A stretch of 64,000 nucleotides of DNA from Alphaproteobacteria bacterium (GTDB lineage Bacteria > Pseudomonadota > Alphaproteobacteria > Rs-D84): positions 13,093-77,092 of the forward strand of contig JAFGMC010000012.1 in assembly GCA_016927735.1 (NCBI GenBank), read 5' to 3'. The notes under the pieces are model-generated. The model was not told the DNA's origin. It ran no database searches and was given only the letters and a program-made list of their open reading frames with translations. This document shows, piece after piece, positions 61,071-64,000 of this stretch (the first letter of the stretch is position 1; each line of letters starts with the position of its first letter). A program made the position numbers and the translations under genes.

Positions 61071-64000
61071 ATGTCGTACCCAAAGACAGAACCAAAAGCA
61101 AACTTTCCAGAAATTGAAAAACAAGTATCCGAATTTTGGAAATCAGATGACACTTTTAATAAGGTTATTGACAAAAACATAGACGGCAATGTGTTCCAGT
61201 TTTTTGATGGGCCTGCAACACCTTCTTCTATCCCACACATTGGGCATTTGGGCGTGTCAGCCGTAAAGGATATGGTCTGCCGCTATCAAAGCATGTTGGG
61301 AAATAATGTTATTCATAAGCTTGGTTGGGACGTTCATGGACTGCCAACAGAGGTTATGGTTGAAAAAGCAACAGGTAAACAATCAAAAGATTTGGTTGCA
61401 GAATTTGGTCTCGAAAAATTTTGTGATATGTGCCGTGACGGTGTTATGAAATATGTAAATGATTGGGGTATGTATTTAAATCGTATCGGTCGTTGGGTCA
61501 ATATTGGCGAAGGCGAAATTGTTTACAACACCATGTATAAAGATTATATGGAATCTGTAATTTGGGGATTAAAAAAACTTTATGATGATGGTTTGTTGTA
61601 TAAAGATTTCAAAGTTAATCCATACGATTGGGCATTGGGTACAGTTGTATCAAATTCCGAGGCATCAAGCGAATACCAAGATATTGTAGATGAAACAGTG
61701 ACTGTGTGGTTTGGGCTAGATAATGGACGCAGACTTCTTGCTTGGACAACAACGCCGTGGACACTTCCTGCAAATTCAGCATTGGCGGTTAATCCAGAAA
61801 TGGTATACGTGATTATGCGTGAAACCGATGGTACAGAATATATAATTGCAAAAAGTCGATTGTCTGTATACGAAAAACAATTTGCAACTGCTGAAAAAGT
61901 CTCAGAAATCAAAGGTTCCGAGCTGGTTGGATTAAAATACAAACCCTTGTTTAATTATTATGATGATAAAAAACTTTATTCTGTAATTGCGGCTAATTAT
62001 GTTTCTGATTCCGATGGTACAGGTATTGTTCACATCGCACCAGCATTCGGTGAAGACGATTATTTGGCGGTCAAAGAATTGGATCCAAAATTTCCAGTAA
62101 TTGTAAATGTTGATGACTATGGAAACTTCACGTCTGATGTCACAGATTGGGCAGGAATAAACATTTTTGCTGCAAATCCAAAAATTATAGAAAACCTGAA
62201 AAATACCGGTCATTTGGTTAAAAAAGATAGCCATAAACACAGTTATCCTTTCAGTCCGCGCAGCAAGGAAAAATTAATCTATCGTGCAACCGAGGCATGG
62301 TATATTGACGTCCCAAAAATCCGCGACAAACTGATTGAAAATAATAAATTGGTTGATTGGAAATCCGGTGGCGGAAGATTCCAATCCTGGATTGAAAATG
62401 CGCGCCCATGGGGAATATCCAGAAATCGTTTCTGGGGTGTACCACTACCAATTTGGACAAACGAAGCCGGTGAATATAAAGTATTTGGATCTGTCGCTGA
62501 AATGGAAAAATTCTTTGATGTAAAGATTGATGATTTACATCGTGCCACATTGGATAAATTGGAACGTGATGGTTGGAAAAGAATTCCAGATGTTTTGGAT
62601 GCTTGGTTTGAATCAGGATCAATGCCATATGCATCAATGCATTACCCATTTGAAAATAAAGAACTTGTTGGTGATAAAAATTATATGTCCGATTATATTG
62701 TCGAGGGGCAAGATCAAACCCGCGGTTGGTTTTATACATTAATGGTTTTATCAACTGCACTATTTAATAAACCAGCATTTAAGACGATTTCCGCAAACGG
62801 ATTAACCGTTGATGAACATAAAAAGAAGATGTCAAAGTCGCTGGGAAACTATGTTGATCCGATTGTTATTTTAGATACATATGGTGCAGACGCAATGCGT
62901 TTGTATATATTGGGAAGTAATTTCTTGAAATCAGAACCAGTGCCAATCGATAAAGAAGGAAAAGTTTTTGCAGAAACAATTAAAACAATCTTGACACCAT
63001 TATGGAATGCATATCATTTCTTTACACTGTATGCGAACGCTGGGAATGTCAAAGCAGATATAAATAAAAACATTTTTGAAACCAAAAATGTTTTAGATAA
63101 ATATATTTTGGCTGAATTAAGCTCATTGGAAAAAATTGTTCATGAAGCACTTTCAGAATACAAACCTGATGTTGCTGTCAAAGAATTTACAAAATTCTTG
63201 GATATATTAAACAACTGGTACATTAGATTAAATCGGATGCGATTCTGGGATGAAGATCAAAACGCATTTGATACATTACATTATATTTTAACTGAGTTGT
63301 GTAAGTTGATGGCACCATTTGCACCATTTGTGAGTGATTATATTTACAAAAACTTGAATAATGATATAAGTGTTCATATGTGCGAATTCAAGAAACCAAA
63401 AAAATCTGATGATTCCAAATTGTTAGAAGATATGCGTCGTGTTCAATTAATTGTTTCAACAGGAAAACAATTGCGCGAACAATATAAGCTTCGTAATCGT
63501 TTGCCATTGGCAAAAATAACAATTGCTGGTAAAGACATGTCAGCATACGCAGAGATTATAAAAGATGAACTGAATGTAAAATCGGTTGATTTTATCGAAG
63601 ATGTTTCATCTGTTGCAGATTCATTTGTTTATCCAATAACACCAAATATTGGTGCACGACTGGGTTCTGCATTAAAAGATATTATACCAGCGGTAAAGCA
63701 GGGTAAATATAAAGCAAATGGCGATAAACTTGTTGTGGGCGAATATACTTTAAACTCTGACGAGTTCGAAATGCGTCTGACTGTAAAAGATGGTATAACC
63801 GGGGCGGCACTGCCGGATAACACCGCGGTTGTGGTTCTGGATACTGAATTAACACCAGAATTAGTAGCTGAGGGTTTGGCGAATGAAACACTGCGCTTTA
63901 TCCAAGATACCAGAAAAACTGTTGAATTGGACGTATCGGACAGAATTGTTTTGGAATATGAAACCGATTCTGAATTAACAGCTGCTATTGAAACACATCG
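61071..64000 (+). CDS. ileS: Isoleucyl-tRNA synthetase (type-2-like), 5' partial; it runs off the window
   Basis: Absent from the ORF track because no stop falls in the window. ATG 61071 gives MSYPKTEPKANFPEIEKQVSEFW. IPHIGH (HIGH), GQDQTRGWFYTL, and KMSKS at 62829 in frame. Confidence 0.9.
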   Translation, partial: MSYPKTEPKANFPEIEKQVSEFWKSDDTFNKVIDKNIDGNVFQFFDGPATPSSIPHIGHLGVSAVKDMVCRYQSMLGNNVIHKLGWDVHGLPTEVMVEKATGKQSKDLVAEFGLEKFCDMCRDGVMKYVNDWGMYLNRIGRWVNIGEGEIVYNTMYKDYMESVIWGLKKLYDDGLLYKDFKVNPYDWALGTVVSNSEASSEYQDIVDETVTVWFGLDNGRRLLAWTTTPWTLPANSALAVNPEMVYVIMRETDGTEYIIAKSRLSVYEKQFATAEKVSEIKGSELVGLKYKPLFNYYDDKKLYSVIAANYVSDSDGTGIVHIAPAFGEDDYLAVKELDPKFPVIVNVDDYGNFTSDVTDWAGINIFAANPKIIENLKNTGHLVKKDSHKHSYPFSPRSKEKLIYRATEAWYIDVPKIRDKLIENNKLVDWKSGGGRFQSWIENARPWGISRNRFWGVPLPIWTNEAGEYKVFGSVAEMEKFFDVKIDDLHRATLDKLERDGWKRIPDVLDAWFESGSMPYASMHYPFENKELVGDKNYMSDYIVEGQDQTRGWFYTLMVLSTALFNKPAFKTISANGLTVDEHKKKMSKSLGNYVDPIVILDTYGADAMRLYILGSNFLKSEPVPIDKEGKVFAETIKTILTPLWNAYHFFTLYANAGNVKADINKNIFETKNVLDKYILAELSSLEKIVHEALSEYKPDVAVKEFTKFLDILNNWYIRLNRMRFWDEDQNAFDTLHYILTELCKLMAPFAPFVSDYIYKNLNNDISVHMCEFKKPKKSDDSKLLEDMRRVQLIVSTGKQLREQYKLRNRLPLAKITIAGKDMSAYAEIIKDELNVKSVDFIEDVSSVADSFVYPITPNIGARLGSALKDIIPAVKQGKYKANGDKLVVGEYTLNSDEFEMRLTVKDGITGAALPDNTAVVVLDTELTPELVAEGLANETLRFIQDTRKTVELDVSDRIVLEYETDSELTAAIETH

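Noticed and set aside
61001-62760. Several minus-strand ORFs (61001-61240, 61580-61942, 61932-62240, 62251-62760) in a region where no + strand ORF is listed.
   Set aside because: The + strand here encodes ileS, which is missing from the track only because its stop lies beyond the window. HIGH and KMSKS are in frame from ATG 61071.

Overview
This is an AT-rich, densely coding bacterial chromosome segment with genes on both strands. Almost all of it is housekeeping. Gene content suggests a reduced-genome proteobacterium, probably a Rickettsiales/Holosporales-like alphaproteobacterium; this taxonomic call is inference. It rests on rpoH, an alpha-type SspB, an MJ0042-type zinc-ribbon protein, a type-2-like IleS and a VirD4-like ATPase. 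Recognisable genes, in window order, are: rluD; an rsuA/rluB-family synthase and rsmE; der; a porin and rpoH; yfgM-like and bamB-like; infB and nusA; lptF/G, lptD, surA-like and rlmN; ybaB; pnp, rpsO and truB; mutS and xseB; mreB; rnpA and yidD; accB and accC; sspB and recF; a TolC / MacA-like adaptor / split MacB-type ABC exporter; parB, parA and rsmG; gpsA; pal; a family-4-like UDG; infC; metG; queH; fabD and fabG; mnmG; and the 5' part of ileS. There are four tRNA genes: Val-TAC, Cys-GCA, Val-GAC and Thr-CGT. Many GC-rich hairpins with flanking T runs look like Rho-independent terminators, and several are bidirectional. I saw no rRNA, CRISPR array, transposase, integrase or prophage-like block. 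The stretches not explained by known families are: (1) a monocistronic gene for a 1019-aa secreted protein with 38 cysteines, a repeated four-Cys module and two C-terminal glycine-zipper segments; (2) a tight operon of a pilin-like protein, a zinc-ribbon membrane protein and a small secreted protein upstream of rluD; (3) an orphan VirD4/TraG-type coupling-protein homolog co-oriented with two lipoprotein genes, one LpoB/YcfM-like; (4) an unrecognisable soluble ORF wedged between the ATPase and permease genes of the MacB-type pump; (5) a GNAT gene apparently frameshifted in an A9 tract. Several smaller orphan ORFs and signs of gene shortening are also listed. Every family call comes from reading motifs in the supplied translations. 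No database search was run.
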